From Salinarimonas sp. (GTDB taxonomy: Bacteria; Pseudomonadota; Alphaproteobacteria; Rhizobiales; Beijerinckiaceae), in contig NZ_JBKBQG010000017.1 of NCBI RefSeq assembly GCF_046292825.1, positions 7,972 through 71,971 of the forward strand: 64,000 bases of DNA, read 5' to 3'. The position numbers were made by a program, and so were the translations under genes. Position 1 is the first letter of the stretch; the number at the start of each line of letters is the position of its first letter. Below the pieces are notes generated by a model that worked only from the letters and a program-made list of their open reading frames with translations, was not told the DNA's origin and made no database searches. Positions 35,123-43,536 of the stretch are shown here, piece by piece.

Positions 35123-36778
35123 ATGTTCGATCCCCTGCTCGCCGGCCAGATCCTCGCCGGATTGTTCTTCCTCGCGATCCTCGTCGTGCTGCTCGGCGGC
35201 TACATCGTCGCCTGGACGCTCGGCGGATTGTCGATGATCTTCGCGCTGATCGGCTGGCAGCTCGGCGTGTTCGACCCCGCGCTCCTGCAGGCGCTCTCGA
35301 CACGCTTCTTCGGGGTGATCACGAACCCGGTCCTGATCGCGGTGCCGCTGTTCGTGTTCATGGGCGTGGTGCTCGAGCGCTCGAAGATCGCCGAGGTGCT
35401 CCTGACCACGATGGGCGAGCTCTTCGGCTCGATGCGCGGCGGCCTCGGGCTCTCGGTCGTCGTCGTGGGCGCGCTGCTCGCGGCGTCGACGGGCGTCGTC
35501 GGCGCCACCGTCGTCGCGATGGGCCTCCTCGCGCTCCCCGCCATGCTGCGCGCGGGCTACGACCCCAAGCTCGCCACCGGCGTGATCTGCGCCGCCGGCA
35601 CGCTCGGCCAGATCCTGCCGCCCTCGACCGTCCTGATCTTCACCGCCGACATCCTCCAGGGCGCGAACGCGGCCGCGCAGGCCGAGCTCGGCAATTTCGC
35701 CCCCGACACCGTATCCGTCGGCGATCTCTTCGCGGGCGCCTTCCTGCCGGGGCTGATCCTCGCCGTGCTCTACGGCGTGTGGGTGATGGTCCGCGCCGCG
35801 CTCGACCCTTCGGCGGCGCCCGCCATCGCGACCTCGCCCGAGCGGCGGCGCACGCTCGGCCGGCGCGTCGTCGTCGCGCTCATCCCGCCGCTCGCGCTCA
35901 TCGTCGCCGTGCTCGGCTCGATCGTGGGCGGCATCGCGACGCCGACCGAGTCCGCCTCCGTCGGCTCGCTCGGGGCGATCCTCCTGTGCCTCATCAAGCT
36001 CCTCGCCGAGCGGCGGGTGCGCGGCGAGGACGGCGTCGACCACGAGGAGAAGCTGTTCTGGTTCTGGATCGGGTTCCTCTGCGTGCTCCTCGCCATCGGC
36101 GCCTTCGGCGGCGCCTTCTGGCTCCTCACCTTCCTCGTCGGGGCGATTCTCGCCGCGCTCGTGCCGGTGCTCGCCTCGGCCAAGCTGCGGGCGAGCTTCC
36201 TCGACACGATGAGCGAGACCTGCCGCTCGACGATGACGATCACCTCGATGATCTTCATCATCCTCCTCGGCGCGACCGCCTTCGCCCTCGTCTTCACCCG
36301 GATGGGCGGCTACGAGCTCGTGCGCGGCTTCCTCGACGCCATGCCCGGCGGCCAGGTCGGCGCGGTGATGGCGGTGATGGCGATCATGTTCGTGCTCGGC
36401 TTCTTCCTCGACACGTTCGAGATCGTCTTCATCGTCGTGCCGATCACGGCGCCGATCCTGATCATCCTCGGCGTCGACCCGATCCTGCTCGGCGTGCTCA
36501 TCGGCCTCGTCCTGCAGACCTCCTTCCTCACCCCGCCCTTCGGCTTCGCCCTGTTCTACCTGCGCGGGGTGGCGCCGGCGTCCGTGAAGACGACGATGCT
36601 CTATGCGGGCGTCCTGCCTTTCGTGATCATGCAGATCGCGGTGCTCGGGCTCGTCTGGTTCTGGCAGGATCTCGCGACCTATCTGCCGAACTACCTCTTC
36701 CGCTCGCCCGCGGGCGTCTTCGAAGGCGCCCCCGCGCCGCTCCCCTTCGACGACGTGGAGGGCGACGAGTTCCTGTGA
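35123..36778 (+). CDS. TRAP transporter large permease subunit (DctM family, extended about 551 aa)
   Basis: ATG after gaggagg. Polytopic, with DctM-like motifs (PLFVFMGVVLERS, GTLGQILPPS, FLTPPFGFALFYL). No DctP/TAXI binding-protein gene on either side. Confidence 0.8.
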   Translation: MFDPLLAGQILAGLFFLAILVVLLGGYIVAWTLGGLSMIFALIGWQLGVFDPALLQALSTRFFGVITNPVLIAVPLFVFMGVVLERSKIAEVLLTTMGELFGSMRGGLGLSVVVVGALLAASTGVVGATVVAMGLLALPAMLRAGYDPKLATGVICAAGTLGQILPPSTVLIFTADILQGANAAAQAELGNFAPDTVSVGDLFAGAFLPGLILAVLYGVWVMVRAALDPSAAPAIATSPERRRTLGRRVVVALIPPLALIVAVLGSIVGGIATPTESASVGSLGAILLCLIKLLAERRVRGEDGVDHEEKLFWFWIGFLCVLLAIGAFGGAFWLLTFLVGAILAALVPVLASAKLRASFLDTMSETCRSTMTITSMIFIILLGATAFALVFTRMGGYELVRGFLDAMPGGQVGAVMAVMAIMFVLGFFLDTFEIVFIVVPITAPILIILGVDPILLGVLIGLVLQTSFLTPPFGFALFYLRGVAPASVKTTMLYAGVLPFVIMQIAVLGLVWFWQDLATYLPNYLFRSPAGVFEGAPAPLPFDDVEGDEFL

Positions 36779-36845
36779 GGGTTCGGGGCGGAGCAGGAGG
36801 GGTGGTCTCCAGCGTCCGGAAGACATGCCGGGAGCCGCCCGCCCC

Positions 36846-37036
36846 GTGTCATCCCCGGCCGGAGCACGCGCAGCGTGCGAAGTGAAAGGGGACCCAGCGC
36901 CCGAATCGGCGCCGAAGGCGCTCCTGCTGCCGCCGACCAGGCGGCTAGTCGCCGCCACAAGTGCTTGCTTCGCAAGCGATTCTCGTGCTGGGTCCCCTTT
37001 CCCTGCGCGCCTTCGGCGCTCCGGCCGGGGATGACA
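36846..37036. repeat. family B repeat, copy B3
   Basis: gtgtcatccccggccggagcacgcgcagcgtgcg...ggggacccag ... ctgggtcccctttccctgcgcgcc...ccggccggggatgacac. Confidence 0.85.
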
Positions 37037-37205
37037 CGGTTGGAGAACTGACCCTGCGAAGATCACTCTCGTGCTTCGCGTGACCGACTTGACGACGGCT
37101 TTCGGATTTCGTCCCCCCCTTCGACGCAGCGGCCCAACCTCGGCGTCCAGCCCCACGCAAGGCTCCATCCGCATCGTCCTCCCCGAGAGGCAAGCGGAGG
37201 CGAGC

Positions 37206-37985
37206 ATGCTGTCGACGGCCATGTCCCTGAGGCTCGTGACGAGCGACATCACGCGCACGCTCGATCGCGTGGCGAATTCGCCGCAGGCGGCGCGGGAGAT
37301 CGCGCATTACCGCGAGAACATCGGCAAGGTGAAGTCCATCGAGGATTTCCTCAAGGACGACCGCCTCTTCACCTTCGCGATGCAGGCCCACGGCCTCGGC
37401 GACATGGCCTATGCCAAGGGCTTCATGCGCAAGGCGCTCGAGGGCGGCATCGACGATCGCAACAGCTTCGCCAACAAGCTCGTCGACAAGCGCTACCGCG
37501 ACTTCGTCGAGACCTTCAACTTCGCACGTCACGGCGCGACGACGACAATCTTCTCCCGCGCCGTGCAGGGCACGATCGACCGCTTCGTGCGCCAGACGCT
37601 CGAGGAGCAGCAGGGCGCGCAGAACCAGGGCGTTCGCCTCGCGCTCTATTTCGAGCGCAAGGCGCCCGGATTGAAGACCGGCTACGACGTCCTCGCCGAT
37701 CCCGCGCTCGCCGAGGTCGTGCGCACGGCGCTCGGCCTGCCCGACGCCTTCGGGCAGGCGGACATCGATCGCCAGGCGCGGCTGATCGAGAGCCGGATCG
37801 ACTTCGCGGATTTCGCCGACCCGAAGAAGCTCGAGACCTTCCTGCAACGCTTCGCGACGCTCCACGACCTCAAGAACCCGCCGATGATGGCGCAGGCGCC
37901 CTCGATCCTGATCGGCCAGCCGATCAGCGCGCAGATCGGCGCCGACGTCCTCATGAGCCTCCAATCGATCCGCTTCGGCCGCTGA
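37206..37985 (+). CDS. DUF1217 flagellar-cluster protein
   Basis: Start MLSTAMSLRLVTSDITRTL after ggagg. YRENIGKVKSIEDFLKDDRLFTFAMQAHGL is typical of the alphaproteobacterial DUF1217 flagellar family. Precedes flgF. Confidence 0.7.
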   Translation: MLSTAMSLRLVTSDITRTLDRVANSPQAAREIAHYRENIGKVKSIEDFLKDDRLFTFAMQAHGLGDMAYAKGFMRKALEGGIDDRNSFANKLVDKRYRDFVETFNFARHGATTTIFSRAVQGTIDRFVRQTLEEQQGAQNQGVRLALYFERKAPGLKTGYDVLADPALAEVVRTALGLPDAFGQADIDRQARLIESRIDFADFADPKKLETFLQRFATLHDLKNPPMMAQAPSILIGQPISAQIGADVLMSLQSIRFGR

Positions 37986-37997
37986 CGCGAGTTCCCC

Positions 37998-38723
37998 ATG
38001 CAGCCTTCGATCTACGTCGCCCTCTCCGGTCAGATCGCGCTCGAGCGGCGCATGGAGACGCTCGCGCGCAACGTCGCCAATCTCGGCACGGTCGGGTACC
38101 GCGCCGACGAGGTGACCTTCGAGCAGATCCTCTCCACGCGCGGGCGGGACCCCGTCGCATTCGCGACCGCGGGCGAGACCTTCATCTCCCGCAATGCCGG
38201 GGGCCTGAGCCAGACCGGAAACCTCCTCGATTTCGCGGTGGACGGAGACGGCTGGATGGCCTTTCAAGGGCCGAACGGGCCCGTCTATACCCGCGACGGG
38301 CGCGTGAGCATCGATGCGGACGGCGTGCTGCGCACGGTCGCCGGATATCCGCTCCTCGATGCGGGCGGCGCGCCGATCCAGCTCGACCCCGATGCCGGCC
38401 CGCCGATCGCCTCCCGCGACGGCATGCTGACGCAGGGCGACGTTCAGGTCGGCGCGATCGGGCTCTTCCAGATCCCGAACGCGGCGCGGCTCTCGCGCTT
38501 CGAGAATTCGGGCGTCGTGCCCGATCTCCCCGCCGAGCCCGTGCTCGACTTCACCCGCAACGGCATCGTCCAGGGCTATACGGAGGGTGCGAACGTCAAT
38601 CCCGTCATGGAGATGACGAAGCTCGTGATGGTCACCCGCGCCTTCCAGGCGACCTCGACCGCCATCGAGGACGCCGAGCGTAGCCAGTCGAGCGCGGTGC
38701 GCACCCTGGGCGAGAGCTCGTGA
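37998..38723 (+). CDS. flgF: flagellar basal-body rod protein FlgF
   Basis: MQPSIYVALSGQIALERRMETLARNVANLGTVGYR is the rod-protein N-terminal signature. C-terminus NVNPVMEMTKLV...FQA is the conserved rod C-terminal domain. Confidence 0.85.
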   Translation: MQPSIYVALSGQIALERRMETLARNVANLGTVGYRADEVTFEQILSTRGRDPVAFATAGETFISRNAGGLSQTGNLLDFAVDGDGWMAFQGPNGPVYTRDGRVSIDADGVLRTVAGYPLLDAGGAPIQLDPDAGPPIASRDGMLTQGDVQVGAIGLFQIPNAARLSRFENSGVVPDLPAEPVLDFTRNGIVQGYTEGANVNPVMEMTKLVMVTRAFQATSTAIEDAERSQSSAVRTLGESS

Positions 38724-39316
38724 TGGTCGAGATCGTCGTTCCGGTCGCCGGCCCGCCCGTCGCGCTCGCGCCCGACGCGGACGCCCATGCGCGGCTCGAT
38801 CGGCTCGTCGCCGCGCGCGAGGCGCTGCGTGCCGCCCGCCAGCCGCCGGTCGCCGCCGGCCCGCCGTCCGGGGAGCCCGGCCCGCTGCCGCCGTCCTTCG
38901 AGGAGGCGCTGATCGCGCGCGCCGCCTTCGCCGCCGCGAACCTGCCCCCGCCGCCCCCGCCGCCGCCCCCGCCCGAGACGATCGACCCGACGATCTCGCT
39001 CTGGGGCAGCGAGCGCGACGATCCTCGCGCCGGGGAGGGGCCGCCCGTCGGGCTCGCGATCCCGCTCGACGATCTCGCCGCGATCTCGCCGGAGGCGGAA
39101 TGGCGCCCGCCGGATGCGCAGGCCGCGCGCGAGCCGCTGCGCGTCGACGCGCAACGCCTCGCCGCCGATCCGCGCTCGCTGTTCTCCGCCGAGATCATCG
39201 GCGCGCTCGAGGCGCGTCGTCTGGGCGCCCTGCCGCTGCGGCCCGAGCCCGTCGACCTCGCCTGGCCCACCGGCGACGGCGCCGATCCCGTCCGCGGCTC
39301 GGATCGCGCGCGATGA
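38720..39316 (+). CDS. proline-rich hypothetical protein in the flagellar cluster
   Basis: GTG start overlaps the flgF stop, and its stop overlaps the fliI ATG (ATGA at 39313-39316). Contains an 11-residue poly-Pro run. No family recognised. Confidence 0.5.
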   Translation: MMVEIVVPVAGPPVALAPDADAHARLDRLVAAREALRAARQPPVAAGPPSGEPGPLPPSFEEALIARAAFAAANLPPPPPPPPPPETIDPTISLWGSERDDPRAGEGPPVGLAIPLDDLAAISPEAEWRPPDAQAAREPLRVDAQRLAADPRSLFSAEIIGALEARRLGALPLRPEPVDLAWPTGDGADPVRGSDRAR

Positions 39317-40650
39317 TGCCCGCGCCCCGCCATCGGCTCGACGCGCTCGCGCGCGCGGTCGGCGATCTTGCCGCGCAGACGCCGCTCGTGCGCGAGGGCG
39401 GCGTCGTCACCCACGTCTCGCCCGGCCATTATCGCGTCGGCGGGCTCTCCGCCTTCGTGAAGCTCGGCGAGCGGGTCGCGATCCCCGCCGCGGACGGCGA
39501 CCGCATCGGCGAGGTGGTGCGCATCGACGCCGCCGGCGCGACGGTGAAACCCTTCGAGGGCGCGATCGACGCCCGCCTCGGCGCCCGCGCCTGGCGGCTC
39601 GAGCCCTTCGCGCTCGATCCGGACCCGTCCTGGAAGGGGCGGGTGATCGACGCGCTCGGCCGCCCGATCGACGGCCGCGGCCCGCTCGCGGCCGGTCCCG
39701 AGCCAGCGCTTCCCTTCCGCGAGCCGCCGCCCGCCATGCGCCGCGCCCGCACGGGCAAGCATTTCCGCACCGGCGTGCGCGCGATCGACCTGTTCGCGCC
39801 CCTGTGCGCGGGGCAGCGCATCGGCATCTTCGCGGGCTCGGGCGTCGGCAAGTCGACGCTGCTCGCGATGCTGGCGAACGCCCGCGACGTCGACACCGTC
39901 GTCATCGCCCTCGTCGGCGAGCGCGGGCGCGAGGTGCGGGAATTCCTGGAGGAGACGCTCGGCGAGCGCCGGGCGAAGGCCGTCATGGTGGTCTCCACCG
40001 GCGACGAGAGCCCGATGATGCGCCGCCTCGCCCCCAACACCGCGATGGCGGTCGCCGAATATTTCCGCGATCGCGGCGAGCACGTGCTGCTGATCGTCGA
40101 TTCGGTCACCCGCTACGCCCATGCCGCCCGCGACGTCGCGCTCGCCGCCGGCGAGCCCGCCGTGTCGCGCGGCTATCCGCCGAGCGTGTTCTCGGACCTG
40201 CCGCGGCTCCTCGAGCGCGCCGGCCCCGGCACGGAGGGGACCGGCACCATCACGGGGATCTTCTCCGTCCTCGTCGACGGCGACGACCACAACGACCCCG
40301 TCGCCGACAACATCCGCGGCACGCTCGACGGCCACATCGTGCTCGAGCGCACCATCGCCGATCGCGGCCGCTACCCGGCGATGAACCCGCTCGCCTCGGT
40401 CTCGCGCCTCGCGCGCGGGGTGTGGACCGCCGAGGAGCGCGAGCTCGTGCGCCGCTTCTGCGCGCTGATCGCCCGCTTCGAGGAAACCCGCGACCTGCGC
40501 CTCATGGGCGGCTACCAGCCCGGCGCCGACCCCGACCTCGACCAGGCGGTCGCGATCGTGCCGAAGCTCTACGACGCCCTGCGCCAGGACCCCTCGAGCC
40601 CCCGCAGCGAAGACCCGTTCCGCGAAGTCGCCGGCGCGCTGAAGGGATGA
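39313..40650 (+). CDS. fliI: flagellum-specific ATP synthase FliI
   Basis: Walker A GSGVGKST, Walker B LLIVDSVTR, and the T3SS-ATPase motifs GYPPSVF and SVLVDGDDHNDPV. Confidence 0.9.
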   Translation: MMPAPRHRLDALARAVGDLAAQTPLVREGGVVTHVSPGHYRVGGLSAFVKLGERVAIPAADGDRIGEVVRIDAAGATVKPFEGAIDARLGARAWRLEPFALDPDPSWKGRVIDALGRPIDGRGPLAAGPEPALPFREPPPAMRRARTGKHFRTGVRAIDLFAPLCAGQRIGIFAGSGVGKSTLLAMLANARDVDTVVIALVGERGREVREFLEETLGERRAKAVMVVSTGDESPMMRRLAPNTAMAVAEYFRDRGEHVLLIVDSVTRYAHAARDVALAAGEPAVSRGYPPSVFSDLPRLLERAGPGTEGTGTITGIFSVLVDGDDHNDPVADNIRGTLDGHIVLERTIADRGRYPAMNPLASVSRLARGVWTAEERELVRRFCALIARFEETRDLRLMGGYQPGADPDLDQAVAIVPKLYDALRQDPSSPRSEDPFREVAGALKG

Positions 40651-40657
40651 GTTTCGT

Positions 40658-40955
40658 CCCTCCCCGTAGGGGAGGGTGGACTTGCGAGCGTCAGCGAGAA
40701 AGGCCGGGTGGGGCCCGTGGCTTGAAGGATTATCTCCACCCGGGCCCCACCCGACCCCTGTCGCTTCGCTCCAGGGGCCACCCTCCCCTCCGGGGAGGGA
40801 TGTCGCCGCCCCATCCCTCCCCGTAGGGGAGGGTGGACTTTCGAGCGTCAGCGAGAAAGGCCGGGTGGGGCCGGTGGCATGAAGGACTATCACCACCCGG
40901 GCCCCACCCGACCCCTGTCGCTGCGCTCCAGGGGCCACCCTCCCCTCCGGGGGGG
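40658..40955. repeat. family C repeat, two tandem copies (C2 40658-40800, C3 40814-40955)
   Basis: Two near-identical about 143-bp units separated by 13 bp. They lie between the convergent fliI and yqaA-like genes. Confidence 0.85.
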
Positions 40956-40968
40956 GATCACTCGCCCC

Positions 40969-41412
40969 TCAAAGCACCCCCTGGGCCACGAGCGCGACGA
41001 CGACGTAGCGCGCGCCCTTGGCGATCGTCACCAGCACCAGGAACAGAGCGAGCGGGGTGCGCATCAGCCCGGCGACGACGGTGAGAGGGTCGCCGACGAC
41101 CGGCGTCCAGGCGAGGAGGAGCGACCACGAGCCCCAGCGGGCGAACATCGCCTGCGTGCGCGCGAGGCGCTCGGGCGAGACCGGGAAGCGCGGGTGGTCG
41201 CGGTAGCCCTCCAGGAAGCGGCCGATCAGCCAGTTCACGACGGAGCCCGCCACGTTCGCCGCCGTCGCGACCCCCACCGCGAGCCACAGCGCGACGTCGC
41301 CGAGCGCGAGCACGCCGACGAGCGCGACTTCGGACGTGCCCGGCAGCACCGTCGCGGAGGTGAAGGCGGAGAGCGCGAGGCCGGCGAGGGTGGCGAGGGT
41401 CGTGGTGTCCAT
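40969..41412 (-). CDS. YqaA/DedA-like (SNARE-associated) membrane protein
   Basis: Start MDTTTLATLAGLAL. LPGTSEVALV...NWLIGR...RWGSWSLLLAWTPVVGDPLTVVAG matches the YqaA-family pattern. Confidence 0.7.
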   Translation of the reverse strand: MDTTTLATLAGLALSAFTSATVLPGTSEVALVGVLALGDVALWLAVGVATAANVAGSVVNWLIGRFLEGYRDHPRFPVSPERLARTQAMFARWGSWSLLLAWTPVVGDPLTVVAGLMRTPLALFLVLVTIAKGARYVVVALVAQGVL

Positions 41413-41416
41413 CGGG

Positions 41417-42397
41417 TCAGGCGACGAGGAGCGCGATCGAGAGGGCGAGGGCGGCGAGGCCGAACAGGAGGCCGCAGGCGATGCGGTAGAGGGCGAGCGC
41501 CCGGCGGATGTCGCCCGCGCCCGCCTCCGCGCGCCCGTCTCCCATGTAAGCGTCGTCGACGCGGATGTTTCCGTAGACGCGCGGGCCGGCGAGCCGCAGT
41601 CCGAGCGCGCCCGCCATCGCCGCTTCCGGCCAGCCGGCATTGGGCGAGCGGTGGCGGCGCGCGTCGCGCCGCATCGCCCTCCACGCCGCGCGGGCGTCCG
41701 CCTTCGGATGCAGAGCCGCGGCGGCGACGATCAGGCAGCCCGTGAGCCGCGAGGCGGGGAGGTTGACGACGTCGTCGAGCCGCGCGGCCGCCCAGCCGAA
41801 GGCCTCGTGGCGCGGGGTGCGGTGGCCGATCATGCTGTCGGCCGTGTTGGTCGCCTTGTAGAGCGCGCCGCCGGGAAGCCCGCCGATTCCGATCCAGAAG
41901 GCCGGCGCGACGATGCCGTCGGAGAAGTTCTCCGAGAGGCTCTCGATCGCCGCGCGCGCCACGCCCGCCTCGTCGAGGGTCTCGGGATTGCGGCCGACGA
42001 TCATCGCGACCGCCCGCCGCCCGCCCGCGAGCCCGTCCCTCTCGAGGCCGTCCGCCACCGCGGCGACATGCTCGTCGAGGCTGCGCTGTGCGAGGAGGCT
42101 CGAGGCGAGGAGCGCGAGGACGACCTTGCCGAGGAGGCCGAGCGGCGTCAGCACCGCGGCGAGCGCGAGCGCCACGGCGCCCGTCGCCACGAGGAGCGCC
42201 ATCAGAGCCGCCACGCCGGCCGTTCGCCGCGCGGCGAACGAGGCGCTCTCGCGGTTGAGGCTGCGATCGAGCGCTGCGATCAGCGCGCCCATCCAGGTGA
42301 CGGGATGGCCCACGAGGTTGTACAGACGCGTCGGATAGCCGACCGCCGCCTCGATCGCGAGGGCGAGGACGAGGACGGCGAGCGCGGTCTCGATCAT
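41417..42397 (-). CDS. cbiB: adenosylcobinamide-phosphate synthase CbiB/CobD
   Basis: Start MIETALAVLVLALAIEAAVGYP. Motifs VGRNPETLDEAGVARAAIESLSENFSDGIVAPAFW and ADSMIGHRTP are CbiB hallmarks. Confidence 0.85.
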   Translation of the reverse strand: MIETALAVLVLALAIEAAVGYPTRLYNLVGHPVTWMGALIAALDRSLNRESASFAARRTAGVAALMALLVATGAVALALAAVLTPLGLLGKVVLALLASSLLAQRSLDEHVAAVADGLERDGLAGGRRAVAMIVGRNPETLDEAGVARAAIESLSENFSDGIVAPAFWIGIGGLPGGALYKATNTADSMIGHRTPRHEAFGWAAARLDDVVNLPASRLTGCLIVAAAALHPKADARAAWRAMRRDARRHRSPNAGWPEAAMAGALGLRLAGPRVYGNIRVDDAYMGDGRAEAGAGDIRRALALYRIACGLLFGLAALALSIALLVA

Positions 42398-42414
42398 GCG
42401 GGGCGGGAGGAACG

Positions 42415-43464
42415 ATGGACGGGGAGGGGATCTGGCACGGGGGCTCACTCGGCGCGGCGCGACGGCTCTTTCCGCGCGCGCCCGAACCATGGATCGACCT
42501 CTCGACCGGAATCAACCCCGTTCCCTACCCGCTGCCGCCGCTCTCCCCGGATCTGTGGACGCGCCTGCCCGAGCCCGGCGCGCAGGCCGCGCTCGAGGCG
42601 GTGGCGCGCGGGGCCTTCGGGGCGGTGGAGGGGGTCGACGTGCTCGCCGCCCCGGGCACCCAGATCCTGATCGGCCTCCTGCCGAGCCTGCTGCCCCCCC
42701 GGCGCGTCGCGATCCTGGGCCCGACCTATGCCGAGCATGCCGCCGCCTGGCGGGCGGGCGGGCACCGCGTCACGGAGGTCGCCGATCTCGCCGCCGCGGA
42801 GGGGGCGGACGTGGTCGTTCTCGTCAACCCGAATAATCCCGACGGCCGCCTGGTCGCGCCCGCGACGCTTCATGCCTTCGCGCAGACGCATGCCGGCCTC
42901 CTCGTCGTCGACGAGGCCTTCGCGGATCTGGAGCCCGGCGCGAGCCTCTGCCCGCAGCTCCCCGACGATGGGATCGTGCTGCGCTCCTTCGGCAAGACCT
43001 ACGGGCTCGCCGGCCTGCGGCTCGGCTTCGCGCTCGGCGGGGCGGGGGAGGGGGGCGCGCTCGTCGCACGCATGCGGGCGCTGATGGGGCCCTGGGCGGT
43101 CTCCGGGCCGGCTTGCGCGATCGGCGCCGTCGCGCTCGCCGATCGCGACTGGCGCGCGCGTGCCGCCGCCGCCCGCGCCGCCGACGCCGGCCGGCTCGAC
43201 GCGCTCCTCGCCCCGCACGCGCGCGCGCCGATGCGCGGGACGCGGCTCTACCGGCTCCTCGCGAGCGAGGACGCGCCGGCCCTCTTCGCCCGACTGGGCC
43301 GCGCCGGCATCTATGTCCGCCGCTTCGGGCACGATCCGAGCCTCCTGCGATTCGGCCTGCCGGCGGGCGAGGAGGCGTGGGCACGGCTGGAGGCGGCGCT
43401 CGCCTTCCAAGGGCCCCCCCCACACCTGCGACATTCCGTTCGCGGGGAGAAGCCTCGCCATTGA
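42415..43464 (+). CDS. threonine-phosphate decarboxylase (cobalamin biosynthesis; CobC/CobD aminotransferase class)
   Basis: HGGSLGAARRLFP...WIDLSTGINP, NPNNPDGR and SFGKTYGLAGLRLGF (PLP lysine region). Confidence 0.8.
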   Translation: MDGEGIWHGGSLGAARRLFPRAPEPWIDLSTGINPVPYPLPPLSPDLWTRLPEPGAQAALEAVARGAFGAVEGVDVLAAPGTQILIGLLPSLLPPRRVAILGPTYAEHAAAWRAGGHRVTEVADLAAAEGADVVVLVNPNNPDGRLVAPATLHAFAQTHAGLLVVDEAFADLEPGASLCPQLPDDGIVLRSFGKTYGLAGLRLGFALGGAGEGGALVARMRALMGPWAVSGPACAIGAVALADRDWRARAAAARAADAGRLDALLAPHARAPMRGTRLYRLLASEDAPALFARLGRAGIYVRRFGHDPSLLRFGLPAGEEAWARLEAALAFQGPPPHLRHSVRGEKPRH

Positions 43465-43474
43465 TCCCGATCAA
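43461..43474. promoter_or_regulatory. FixK/Fnr-type anaerobox TTGAT-cccg-ATCAA upstream of fixG
   Basis: Perfect match to the TTGAT-N4-ATCAA palindrome. Its centre is about 70 nt upstream of the fixG ATG, and it overlaps the cobC-like stop codon. Confidence 0.7.
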
Positions 43475-43536
43475 CGCGGGAGGACGGCCTTCGCGATTAG
43501 GGTCCGGTCAGGCGCGAACAGGCGAGTCCCCCAGCC

